Shown piece after piece: positions 18,738 to 26,852 of a stretch of 43,461 nt of DNA (positions are counted from its first letter, which is position 1; each line of letters begins with the position of its first letter). Position numbers and translations under genes: made by a program. Under the pieces are notes generated by a model. The model worked only from the letters and a program-made list of their open reading frames with translations. It was not told the origin of the DNA and did not search any database. The stretch is from an uncultured bacterium (GTDB taxonomy: Bacteria; Planctomycetota; Phycisphaerae; Phycisphaerales; SM1A02), in contig CAIWNO010000046.1 of assembly GCA_903914045.1 (NCBI GenBank), positions 1 to 43,461 on the forward strand, written 5' to 3'.

Positions 18738-20900
18738 TCAATTGGTTGTAATGCCACTTGGTGGTGCGCCAAACACGTCGTTTCCAAAGTTTCGATCAAG
18801 TTGAAAGCCAACTGAATTTGGGAAAGACAAGTCGCGGCGAAAGCGCGCCAGCGGCAAGGCCCAGAAGTTTGTTCCCACAATGATATGGTCGTCCTTCTTC
18901 AGGAATAGATCGGGTTCGCTACGGTTTCGAATAGCCAACAAACTAATTCTCACACACGCCTCTTTGTCGCTCGACAGACGGCGGATCAAATCGCATCGCT
19001 CTGGAATAGCCAGTTCACTAACGCCACCGGCGGCGGCGACCAAACGACTCAGTGTCAAACGGCCCGCTGTCGGCAAATTGTACACGCCAGGTCTACTGAT
19101 TTCACCGTCGATATACACCACGCCTACTTCCCCAGAATCACAATAGATAATATCGCCTGGTCGAATAATTATATTAAAATCAGATTTGCCGCGCACCAAT
19201 TGGTTGTAATCAATTTCAATAACTTTAGTTTTCTGAGCCGAAGTCGATCGCTTTTGATTGCGTGGTTTGGCGGCTTCGGCGGAACTTGATCCAGAATTTC
19301 CAGTGACTGCAACGTCTTTGATTTCTTGATTTGTTTTTGCTGAGCCTGTGTTTGTGGCGGCAGGTGTTGCGGCCTCTATCTGTTGATCTTGGTTTGTGAT
19401 GGAGGATTTTGGAACCCACTGACGAGATTTCTGAATATATGCATAGTCGTTACTTGCATTTGTGTTGGAATTATTTTGAGACGCGCTTGCGTTGGAATTA
19501 CCGCTAGGAAGATCATCGGATTTTGCCGGCTCAAGCTGATCAATATCCACTGGCGGCGCCTGACGATTTGCGGCGCGCAGCATTCCTAATTGTGTCTTTC
19601 GCTTTGATGGATCCGCGGTTGGATCTTTGGTTGGATTAGGGCTTGGTGTTGTTGGTGAAGTAGCGGGCTGAGTGGAAGGTTCTGCCACTGGATCTGTTGC
19701 AGGAACGGGTTCTGGTTCGGATGCTGGTTCTGGTTCGGGAGTTGGTGCGGGAGTTGCGGCCGGAGTGGGTTCGGGAGTCGCGGCTGGTTCGGGAGTTGGT
19801 GCAGGAGTCGCGGCTGGTTCGGGAGTTGGTGCGGGAGTCGCGGCTGGTTCCGGAGTTGGTGCGGGAGTCGCAGTTGGTTCCGGAGTTGGTGCGGGAGTCG
19901 CAGTTGGTTCGGGAGTTGGTGCGATAGTCGCGGCTGGTTCCGGAGTTGGTTCGGGAGTCGCGGCCGGTTCCGGAGTTGGTGCGGGAGTCGCGGCCGGTTC
20001 CGGAGTTGGTGCGGGAGTCGCGGCTGGTTCGGAGGTTGGTGCGGGAGCTGGTGCGATAGTCGCGGCCGCTGAACTATCCGTTGTGGCGCTGGGTAATTCA
20101 TTAATTAATTTATCAATTGCTTCGTCTGTTGATGGAGCCGCGGTTGGTGGAGCAGGATTTGGAACACTTGTTGTTGGAGCGACCGCCGAAGTAGTTGGAA
20201 CTTGTTTTTGCGGCTCGGCGGTGGAAGTATCCTTTTTAGGAGTTGTCTCTTTTCGGTCATATTCCGCCTTGTAGTCGTTTGCTAATTCTGTCCGCGTAAT
20301 TAAAATTCGGGTGGTATTCACGCTGGCGCCGCGTGCGTTGGCAATAGCGTCAAGCAAACGAAAATCTGGCTTGCTTAAGGCAAATATGCCAGGCTGATCA
20401 ACCGAACCGAGCACGCGATATTGAAAAGCTCGACCCTCTTGCAAGGCAACAAAGGCTTGAGGATTTGTGATGACTCCTTTGAGTCTTTCTTCAATATCAT
20501 CTTGTAATTCTTTTATTGTTTTACCTGCGGCGCGAATTTTATTAATAACTGGTAGTTGGATGTCACCACTTTGATCAACAACTCGTTCAGCCACTTCTGT
20601 TTGCCCCGTTGCCATTAAACTTGGAATTTGAATTCGCAAAACATCACCTGCGGCAAATGTGTAGGGAATATTTTCCGGTATTAAATCCGCCAATGTTGGT
20701 TTGACAATGTCTGGTTCGTCACTGACTTGCTCTATGACATCAATACGACCCAAAATTGGCATGGCCGATGGCGTGGTTTCAAAGTAACCAGTGCGACTTG
20801 GATCAACAAAACTATCCGTTTCACATCCGACCAGAATCGGTACAAAAATAATACCCAAGCATGAAATCAGGGACAGAAATTTTGACAATGGGGAAGCCAA
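18738..20900 (-). CDS. Wza-like outer-membrane polysaccharide export lipoprotein with a large low-complexity insertion
   Basis: There is a lipobox (PILVGC, Cys26), a Poly_export block (YTFAAGDVLRIQIP...DQSGDIQLPVINKIRAAGKTIKELQDDIE) and two SLBB-like segments (YRVLGSVDQPGIF; VYIDGEISRPGVYNL). The track start is TTG (20898-20900) and no ATG is nearby, so the start is uncertain. Confidence 0.75.
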   Translation of the reverse strand: MASPLSKFLSLISCLGIIFVPILVGCETDSFVDPSRTGYFETTPSAMPILGRIDVIEQVSDEPDIVKPTLADLIPENIPYTFAAGDVLRIQIPSLMATGQTEVAERVVDQSGDIQLPVINKIRAAGKTIKELQDDIEERLKGVITNPQAFVALQEGRAFQYRVLGSVDQPGIFALSKPDFRLLDAIANARGASVNTTRILITRTELANDYKAEYDRKETTPKKDTSTAEPQKQVPTTSAVAPTTSVPNPAPPTAAPSTDEAIDKLINELPSATTDSSAAATIAPAPAPTSEPAATPAPTPEPAATPAPTPEPAATPEPTPEPAATIAPTPEPTATPAPTPEPTATPAPTPEPAATPAPTPEPAATPAPTPEPAATPEPTPAATPAPTPEPEPASEPEPVPATDPVAEPSTQPATSPTTPSPNPTKDPTADPSKRKTQLGMLRAANRQAPPVDIDQLEPAKSDDLPSGNSNASASQNNSNTNASNDYAYIQKSRQWVPKSSITNQDQQIEAATPAATNTGSAKTNQEIKDVAVTGNSGSSSAEAAKPRNQKRSTSAQKTKVIEIDYNQLVRGKSDFNIIIRPGDIIYCDSGEVGVVYIDGEISRPGVYNLPTAGRLTLSRLVAAAGGVSELAIPERCDLIRRLSSDKEACVRISLLAIRNRSEPDLFLKKDDHIIVGTNFWALPLARFRRDLSFPNSVGFQLDRNFGNDVFGAPPSGITTN
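19771..20040. repeat. In-frame 30-nt tandem repeat, nine well-conserved copies (consensus GCGGGAGTCGCGGCTGGTTCCGGAGTTGGT on the + strand)
   Basis: The copies align exactly with a 30-nt period from 19771 to 20040 and differ from the consensus at 0-3 positions per unit. Degenerate copies flank at 19741-19770 and 20041-20066. The repeat encodes PTPEPAATPA-type decapeptides in the minus-strand Wza-like gene. Confidence 0.92.
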
Positions 20901-21069
20901 TTGGGTGGTCTAGGTAAAGTTAATTTCGAGTTGAGTAGTATCGGTCAAAGAGGGTCTATGAAGTTACCCGAACTAGGGCGTCTGTAGCAATTTTACTCTT
21001 GAGAAGTTCAGGCTTGAAACTTGATAAAATGAGTTTGCGCTTATTTTTATAGAGAAAGTTGAATGTATT

Positions 21070-22011
21070 TCACGCTGACCCAATAACTTCCTCCAATACC
21101 GCCATGCGCGCAGCCACACCATGGGTTACTTGGCGCAAAATACGGGTGCCACCAAATTCGTCAGCCACCGCGTCGTCAATTTCGACCCCGCGGTTGACTG
21201 GTCCAGGGTGAAGCACAACCGCCCCCGTTTTTAAGCGCAATGCTCTTTCCATGGTCAGGCCATAAAGCCTTCTATAATCCGACGAAACCCCGTAAGATGC
21301 TGCACGTTCGGTTTGAAGTCTAAGCATCATGATGGCGTCAAGATCGCGTAAGTTAGCGTCAAGATCGTGAGAAATGCTTATCAATTCACTAAATTTAGTC
21401 ATTTCTTGATGAGATTTGTTTACCAAGGTTGGTGGACCGATCAGAACAACGTGGCAACCCAGAATTGTGAGCCCCTGAGTGGCCGAACGGGCCACGCGAC
21501 TGTTGGAGATATCTCCAACAATGGCGACCCGCTTGCCTTGCAAGGAACCCAATGACTCCTGCAACGTCAAAATGTCAAGCAAGCCTTGGGTTGGGTGCTC
21601 GTGGCGACCATCGCCAGCATTAATGACCGGAATTGAAACCCTTTTGGCCACCATGGCGGGACCGCCAGAAATGGTGGAGCGAATGACAAGGCCGCTAACC
21701 CCCATGGCTTCAATGTTTAGGGCGGTGTCAACCAGGCTTTCGCCCTTGCTGGCGCTGGAACCGCTTGCGGCAAGGGTAAAGACCTCGCCTCCAAGGCGGT
21801 GAACGGCGGTTTCAAAGCTGCACCGAGTGCGCGTTGAGTCTTCAAAAAAAAGATTGGCAATGACGCGGCCCGCAAGCGCGTCTTTGCGCGCAACCCGCTG
21901 ATCCGCCACGGCAAGATTGTTCTTTGCGGCCACAAGAAGGCCTTGAAGATGCTCGCGAGTCAAACCCTCTATTTGAAGAAAGTGCTTGGTGCTTGCGTTC
22001 TTCGTGGACAT
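21070..22011 (-). CDS. pyrB: Aspartate carbamoyltransferase catalytic subunit
   Basis: ATG at 22011. It has the motifs FFEDSTRTRCSFE (carbamoyl-phosphate binding), HPTQGLLD and LHPGPVNRG. Confidence 0.92.
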   Translation of the reverse strand: MSTKNASTKHFLQIEGLTREHLQGLLVAAKNNLAVADQRVARKDALAGRVIANLFFEDSTRTRCSFETAVHRLGGEVFTLAASGSSASKGESLVDTALNIEAMGVSGLVIRSTISGGPAMVAKRVSIPVINAGDGRHEHPTQGLLDILTLQESLGSLQGKRVAIVGDISNSRVARSATQGLTILGCHVVLIGPPTLVNKSHQEMTKFSELISISHDLDANLRDLDAIMMLRLQTERAASYGVSSDYRRLYGLTMERALRLKTGAVVLHPGPVNRGVEIDDAVADEFGGTRILRQVTHGVAARMAVLEEVIGSA

Positions 22012-22156
22012 GGAAGGTAGTTATAGCGAATTAGCCACCATATTGATTTTGCATGCCGAAGCGACATGGGTGTGTGCCGCATTGAAACTGAAATGCGGCG
22101 CGAAGCGTTCGTGTGGATTGGTTTGCTCACGCGTGGCGTTGCGCTAGCCTTGTTTC

Positions 22157-22765
22157 ATGGCAAGCACCCAGTGGATTTCGGGCGACACGCACTTTGGTGA
22201 AGCCAAAGCAATCTCCCTGTTTGAACGACCCTTCGCGGATGTCGCCAGCATGGATGGCGCATTGCTAGAGGCGATCAACCGCGTGGTGAAGAAGCGAGAT
22301 GTGCTGATTCATATTGGCGACTTTTGCGGACCATTTGAGGAAGGGCGCGATACGCAAGTTGCACACGCGGTGGATATTCGAAATAAAATTCTTTGCAAGA
22401 ACATTCGGCTTATTTGGGGCAACCATGATCCGAAGGTCGCCAAGTTTGAGGCGCTGTTTGAATCAGTGAAAAACCAAGCAACATTTCGACGCGAGAACGG
22501 TGGCGAACGCGTTGTGCTTTGCCACTATCCGCTGCGTGCTTGGCGGGGGCAACTCAGTGGCTCCATGCATTTGTATGGACACACGCACGGCGCCTTGCAA
22601 GAAGTGGGACGCAGTATGGATGTGGGCGTTGACAGTTGGAATTATTCACCGGTTCGACTTTCACACGCGCTTGATGTGTTGGCGGCGCGGCCAGTGACGC
22701 CGCCCGGTGGCTGGGTGCGACGGCAAGACATGCGGCACGATGTTGCGGCGGATTTGCCCACATGA
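22157..22765 (+). CDS. Calcineurin-like metallophosphoesterase
   Basis: ATG at 22157. The motif series is intact: GDTHFG, IHIGDF, WGNHD, LCHYP and YGHTHG. Confidence 0.75.
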   Translation: MASTQWISGDTHFGEAKAISLFERPFADVASMDGALLEAINRVVKKRDVLIHIGDFCGPFEEGRDTQVAHAVDIRNKILCKNIRLIWGNHDPKVAKFEALFESVKNQATFRRENGGERVVLCHYPLRAWRGQLSGSMHLYGHTHGALQEVGRSMDVGVDSWNYSPVRLSHALDVLAARPVTPPGGWVRRQDMRHDVAADLPT

Positions 22766-22850
22766 CAAAGCGATATATCCGCCGATAGAAGAACGCCTTG
22801 AAATGTTCAACGCGAACAAGTTTGTTGAACACATACACAATGGAGCTACC

Positions 22851-23549
22851 ATGAGCCTTATGAAATACTTTGCCTTGATTTCTTTGTCTGCGATTGGAAT
22901 TTTCTGTGGCGCCTGCGCTTCGCCGCGTCCCGCAAGTGGAACCATTGCCACGGAAATTACGCGCGATGTGGCCGAGGGCACGTGGGCCTTGACCGACAGT
23001 GAAAATGGCTTGTTTAATGTGAATTTGCTCAATGATGGCGTGGCCATAAGCAATTGGTGCAAGGGCGCGGATGGCGCCAAGGGTGAACATGGAACTTGGA
23101 AAATTGATGAAGGCGTGTTGGTGATGAATTGGACCGACGGTTGGCTGGATGTGATTCAGTTGGGTCACATTGGGTTTGAGAAATATTCCTACGCGCCGCG
23201 GGTCAATCGACAAGGGCCGCCAACTTCATTTGGTCAAGCCGTGAAAGTTTTAAACTACTCCGCGCAGTGGGCTGGCGTGTGGAAGACGCGAAGCGCCGAC
23301 CCCGCGTACAACAATCAGTCATTTTATATTTGTTTGCAAAGCAATGGTGCCGCCATGAAAAGCATTGACGCCATAAACACCGGTTGCTGGCAGAAGCAGC
23401 AAGATGGCATTGCGATTTATTTCAGCGATGGGTGGTACATGATGCTTGTGCGTGATGGCGAAAATGTGCAGGCCACAAGTTGGGCGCCGGGCGTGGCGCG
23501 AACAGCCGCGCCAACGGGCACCTGTCCGATCGCGCAGGTGCTAGAGTAA
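22851..23549 (+). CDS. Hypothetical lipoprotein
   Basis: The start was re-picked to ATG 22851, which has GGAG at 22842-22845. There is a signal peptide plus lipobox (LSAIGIFCGAC). Two internally similar GTW/GVW...DGW segments suggest a duplicated small domain. No recognisable family. Confidence 0.55.
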   Translation: MSLMKYFALISLSAIGIFCGACASPRPASGTIATEITRDVAEGTWALTDSENGLFNVNLLNDGVAISNWCKGADGAKGEHGTWKIDEGVLVMNWTDGWLDVIQLGHIGFEKYSYAPRVNRQGPPTSFGQAVKVLNYSAQWAGVWKTRSADPAYNNQSFYICLQSNGAAMKSIDAINTGCWQKQQDGIAIYFSDGWYMMLVRDGENVQATSWAPGVARTAAPTGTCPIAQVLE

Positions 23550-23818
23550 TGCGCATGTCCAGCATTTCATCACGCGTATGCCCATTGATTGTGACCTGTG
23601 CGACTTTGCTGATAGGCGCATGCCAAAGCCAGCCGTCGCTATGGCAAGGCGACAAGTCGCCAACTCAATATCAAACGCAACAAATGGACAGGGGTGGACA
23701 ACCCGTGACGTACTACGACTTGGATGATGGCGACAATGAAGACCCGAATGTCGATCAAGGCAACTATCCAGAGATGAGCGAACCTTGGTGGAATTCGCCG
23801 GGCTACATTGGCGGTTAA
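23549..23818 (+). CDS. Small hypothetical lipoprotein with an acidic C-terminal tail
   Basis: ATG at 23549 overlaps the upstream stop (TAATG). There is a lipobox (LLIGAC) and an acidic stretch (YYDLDDGDNEDPNVDQG). No recognisable family. Confidence 0.45.
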   Translation: MRMSSISSRVCPLIVTCATLLIGACQSQPSLWQGDKSPTQYQTQQMDRGGQPVTYYDLDDGDNEDPNVDQGNYPEMSEPWWNSPGYIGG

Positions 23819-25149
23819 TTCACGCCTTGAATTTTCCACAGCGAGCCGGGGCCGCGTTCGCCGCCGTCAAATGAGCACAGAACAAGTTCGCCGTTGAGCA
23901 TTTCACCAAAGCTGCTCCACAGATTTCCACTGCGATGAATTAATTTTCTAGGCTCGCCAAGTTTCAAGTCTTGACAGCGCGCGCCCCAGATAATTCCGTA
24001 GCCGTAGTCGGCGAAAAAATATATGCCTTTCAATTCAGGATATTTGTCGCCGCGATAGACATAGCCGCCGGTCACGCTGACGCCATCGTTGTGTGAATAC
24101 TCAAACACAGGATTGATATACGCGTCGCCAAATTCGCCTTTCTGCCCAGAGGAAAATGCGTGCAAGCCTTCGCGCATGTTCCAACCGTAATTGCCGCCTT
24201 TGACAATGACATCCACTTCCTCAAATTGATCTTGACCAACATCGCCGGCCCACAGCAACTTTGTTTCGCGATCGAAACTCATGCGCCACACATTGCGAAG
24301 TCCGTACGCCCAAATTTCCTTGCGCGCGCCCTTGGTTGAAACAAATGGATTGTCCGATGGAATGGTGTAAGGCGAATCCTTGGTGACCTGGCTGACATCA
24401 ATGCGGATGATGGAGGCAAGAAGCGTGGCCAGATTTTGTCCATGACCATGCGGATCGTTGGCGGCGCCGCCGTCGCCCAGGCTGAGATACAACATTTCGT
24501 CAGGACCAAAAAGAACGGTGCCGCCGTTGTGGTTTGAATAAGGCTGTTCAACTTCTAGAATTTTTTTCTCGCTGTCGGTGTTGATGGTCTTGCGATCATC
24601 GCTCACGCGAAACTGGCTCAAGATAGAACGACGGGGTTTCTCGGCGCTGTAATACAAGTAGACAAATCCGTTGTCGGCGTATTTGGGATCAAAGCAAATG
24701 GACAGCAAGCCTTCTTCGTTGTTCTTGCTGTTGACACTTTTGCGCATGTCAAGAAACACCGCGCCCGATTTCACTTGGTCATTGTTTTGGTCTAGGCGAA
24801 GAATGCGCCCCGCCTGCTCGACCACGTACATATTGGTTGGTTCGCCCGGCGCTTGAACAACTTGCACTGGCCGACGCAATTCAACATTGGGAAATATTCG
24901 AACCAGTTTAATTTCAGGAATGCGATCGGAATCTTGTTGGTGTTCAGAATGTTGGACAACGGTTGCGGGCGCGGCGGAAGTTGGCGCCACGGATGCGGGC
25001 GATTGTTGCGCGGCGCTAGTTTGAGCATGGGCCGTTGCCATAAATGCGTGAAGCACAAAACAAATCACACACGTAACAACAGAGTGCCGGCGCAAGGTTG
25101 CGTGTATCAGCGCGCTAGCGAACAAAGACTTTGGTGCGTGGTATGGCAT
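23815..25149 (-). CDS. PQQ-dependent sugar (glucose/sorbosone-type) dehydrogenase, secreted beta-propeller
   Basis: ATG at 25149. There is an N-terminal signal-like segment ending in AHAQ. SGDH-type blocks are present (NHNGGTVLFGPDEMLYLSLGDGG, GLRNVWRMSFD, GGNYGWN). Confidence 0.8.
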   Translation of the reverse strand: MPYHAPKSLFASALIHATLRRHSVVTCVICFVLHAFMATAHAQTSAAQQSPASVAPTSAAPATVVQHSEHQQDSDRIPEIKLVRIFPNVELRRPVQVVQAPGEPTNMYVVEQAGRILRLDQNNDQVKSGAVFLDMRKSVNSKNNEEGLLSICFDPKYADNGFVYLYYSAEKPRRSILSQFRVSDDRKTINTDSEKKILEVEQPYSNHNGGTVLFGPDEMLYLSLGDGGAANDPHGHGQNLATLLASIIRIDVSQVTKDSPYTIPSDNPFVSTKGARKEIWAYGLRNVWRMSFDRETKLLWAGDVGQDQFEEVDVIVKGGNYGWNMREGLHAFSSGQKGEFGDAYINPVFEYSHNDGVSVTGGYVYRGDKYPELKGIYFFADYGYGIIWGARCQDLKLGEPRKLIHRSGNLWSSFGEMLNGELVLCSFDGGERGPGSLWKIQGVN

Positions 25150-25240
25150 GAGGCATGAACTGTAGCCTGCTATTTCACGCGGGGATGAAATGGGCTTTTA
25201 CCCGCAGGGTCGGGCGCGCACCAATTTGTGGAACGTTTAT

Positions 25241-26770
25241 TTACGCCGTTGACGGCGCATTTTTGGGGACATGCTTTTCCAATTTCGCGCGCGGAATGGA
25301 CACGAAAATTTTTCCCAACTCTGGATCAAAGTGTTTGCCAAGACACTTTTCAATTTCAACCAAGACTTCGCCAACTTCACGAGCCGGTCGATAGGAGCGA
25401 GTGGTGGTCATTGCGTCAAAGCAATCCGCAATGCAAATAATTCTTCCAAGGACTGAAATTTTTTCACCAACCAATTTATTGGGATAGCCAGAACCGTCCC
25501 ACTTTTCATGATGCTCAAGAACGCCAGGCAGCACGTCGCGCATTTGTGGAATCGGGTACAGAATTTTATAACTTACTTCTGGATGCACCGTGATTTGCGC
25601 GAACTCTTCATCGGTCAGACGGGCGGGTTTTCGCAGAATATCCCCTGGAACGTTGATCTTTCCAATGTCATGCACCTTGCCGCACAGGGACGCTTGTTCA
25701 ATAATTTCAGGACCTAGGTTGGCGGCCTCCGCCAACATTTTTGCATATGTTGAGACACGTTCGGAATGCCCACGCGTGTAAGGATCCTTGGCGTCAATAG
25801 TGAGGATGAGCGAGTTTATCAGGCCCTCAAACATATCTTTCTTATCCTTTTCAAGACGCCGCTCCATGAGCACGTGTTGCTGATTGCCCAGGCTTTGCGC
25901 GGCCGTGCGCGCCACGACGCCAGCCACGCTTGCGATTTCGGCAAGCATGGCGTCATCGCGTTGCTGCGAATCATCCAAATACAAAAAGCCAAACAGCTTG
26001 CCGGCGAATTCCACTGGAATACAAATAGCGCGTCGAACATCCATGCCCTGCAAACTCATGGCAATGCCACCGCCAGTGGCGTTGGCTTTGGCAACAACTG
26101 GACCTTCGCGGGCTTGGCGCAGCATGGTGCGGCTCATGCGGGTTTTGCCGCTTGGATCTTGAATGTTTCCAACTTGCGCAAGCACAACCACCGCCTCGCC
26201 CTGACCCGTGCTGCGCACAAACGCGACATTCTCAAAGCGAGTGGATTTGGAAACGGCATTCACCAATGCTTTATAGACTGACGATTCGTCCTTGGCTACA
26301 TGAATGGCATCGCTCGACTCAAGAAGCAACACAAGTTGATTTTGCGCGAATGTCGCGGGCGCGGAAATAGTGACGCGCTCAATTTTGGTTCCGTCTTGCT
26401 GTTGTTCTTCGGCACCCGACATCACAATCGTGCGCGCGTTGTTGGATGATTGCTGATCAATCACATCAAAGTTCCACAGCGCGATTTGAATTTGATCGCC
26501 GTCCTGCAATGGAAGAGTTTTACCAGACGACAAGCGCATTCCATTGACAACTGTGCCACCCGAACTATCCAAATCCTCAATGCGCCAACTTCCAGGCTCT
26601 TGAGTCGTTGGCGCAGTCCACGAGAAAGTGGCATGCTGACGACTCACCGCGCGATCTGCCAAGACAATGCCGCAACTGGTTTCGCGGCCAATTGAAATTG
26701 GTCCAGGCGGAGCAAGTTGAAACTTGACGTCTTTATTGCCAGGCGGGGAAATGAGCCAGAAATCAGCCAT
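25241..26770 (-). CDS. FHA-GAF-HD-GYP multidomain signalling protein (putative c-di-GMP phosphodiesterase)
   Basis: It has an N-terminal FHA signature (ISIGRETSCGIVLADRAVSRQHATF...NGMRL), a central GAF-like region ending in GKLFGFLYLDD, and a C-terminal HD-GYP domain (HDIGKINVP, HHEKWDGSGYPN, DCFDAMTTTRSYR). Confidence 0.85.
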   Translation of the reverse strand: MADFWLISPPGNKDVKFQLAPPGPISIGRETSCGIVLADRAVSRQHATFSWTAPTTQEPGSWRIEDLDSSGGTVVNGMRLSSGKTLPLQDGDQIQIALWNFDVIDQQSSNNARTIVMSGAEEQQQDGTKIERVTISAPATFAQNQLVLLLESSDAIHVAKDESSVYKALVNAVSKSTRFENVAFVRSTGQGEAVVVLAQVGNIQDPSGKTRMSRTMLRQAREGPVVAKANATGGGIAMSLQGMDVRRAICIPVEFAGKLFGFLYLDDSQQRDDAMLAEIASVAGVVARTAAQSLGNQQHVLMERRLEKDKKDMFEGLINSLILTIDAKDPYTRGHSERVSTYAKMLAEAANLGPEIIEQASLCGKVHDIGKINVPGDILRKPARLTDEEFAQITVHPEVSYKILYPIPQMRDVLPGVLEHHEKWDGSGYPNKLVGEKISVLGRIICIADCFDAMTTTRSYRPAREVGEVLVEIEKCLGKHFDPELGKIFVSIPRAKLEKHVPKNAPSTA

Positions 26771-26852
26771 GAAGTGAGCCTACACGATTTGCATTTTAAA
26801 TCGAAACACGCTTACGAAAAATAATGTGTTCTTGCATTTGTGGCGCGCGCGA

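Noticed and set aside
19771-20040. Possible CRISPR array, because of the regular 30-nt periodicity
   Set aside because: The units are directly adjacent with no unique spacers. They lie in frame inside a long CDS and no cas genes are present, so this is a coding tandem repeat.
19672-20274. A 200-aa plus-strand ORF (Gly/Ala/Val/Ser-rich), and the 171-aa minus-strand out-of-frame ORF at 19586-20101, both overlapping the tandem repeat
   Set aside because: They are frame and strand shadows of the 30-nt repeat, and any repeat lacking stop codons stays open in several frames. The minus-strand frame that continues into recognisable Poly_export and SLBB domains on both sides is the real one.
20901-21069. 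Searched the region upstream of the Wza-like gene for a c-di-GMP riboswitch or a sigma-54 promoter. Also noted a sigma-70-like TTGCTA-N18-TAACTT on the minus strand (20985-20990 and 20961-20966)
   Set aside because: No GEMM-like conserved core (for example GCAAACC...GGGACGCAAAGCC) is visible. The sigma-70-like match has non-optimal spacing and a weak -10 element, so it is not reported as a feature.
22076-22099. An 8-bp hairpin (GCCGCATT-gaaactga-AATGCGGC) in the pyrB / metallophosphoesterase divergent region, considered as a pyr attenuator or PyrR site
   Set aside because: No U-tract follows it on either strand, and no PyrR-box-like loop sequence (ARUCCAGAGAGG) is present. It is too weak to call.
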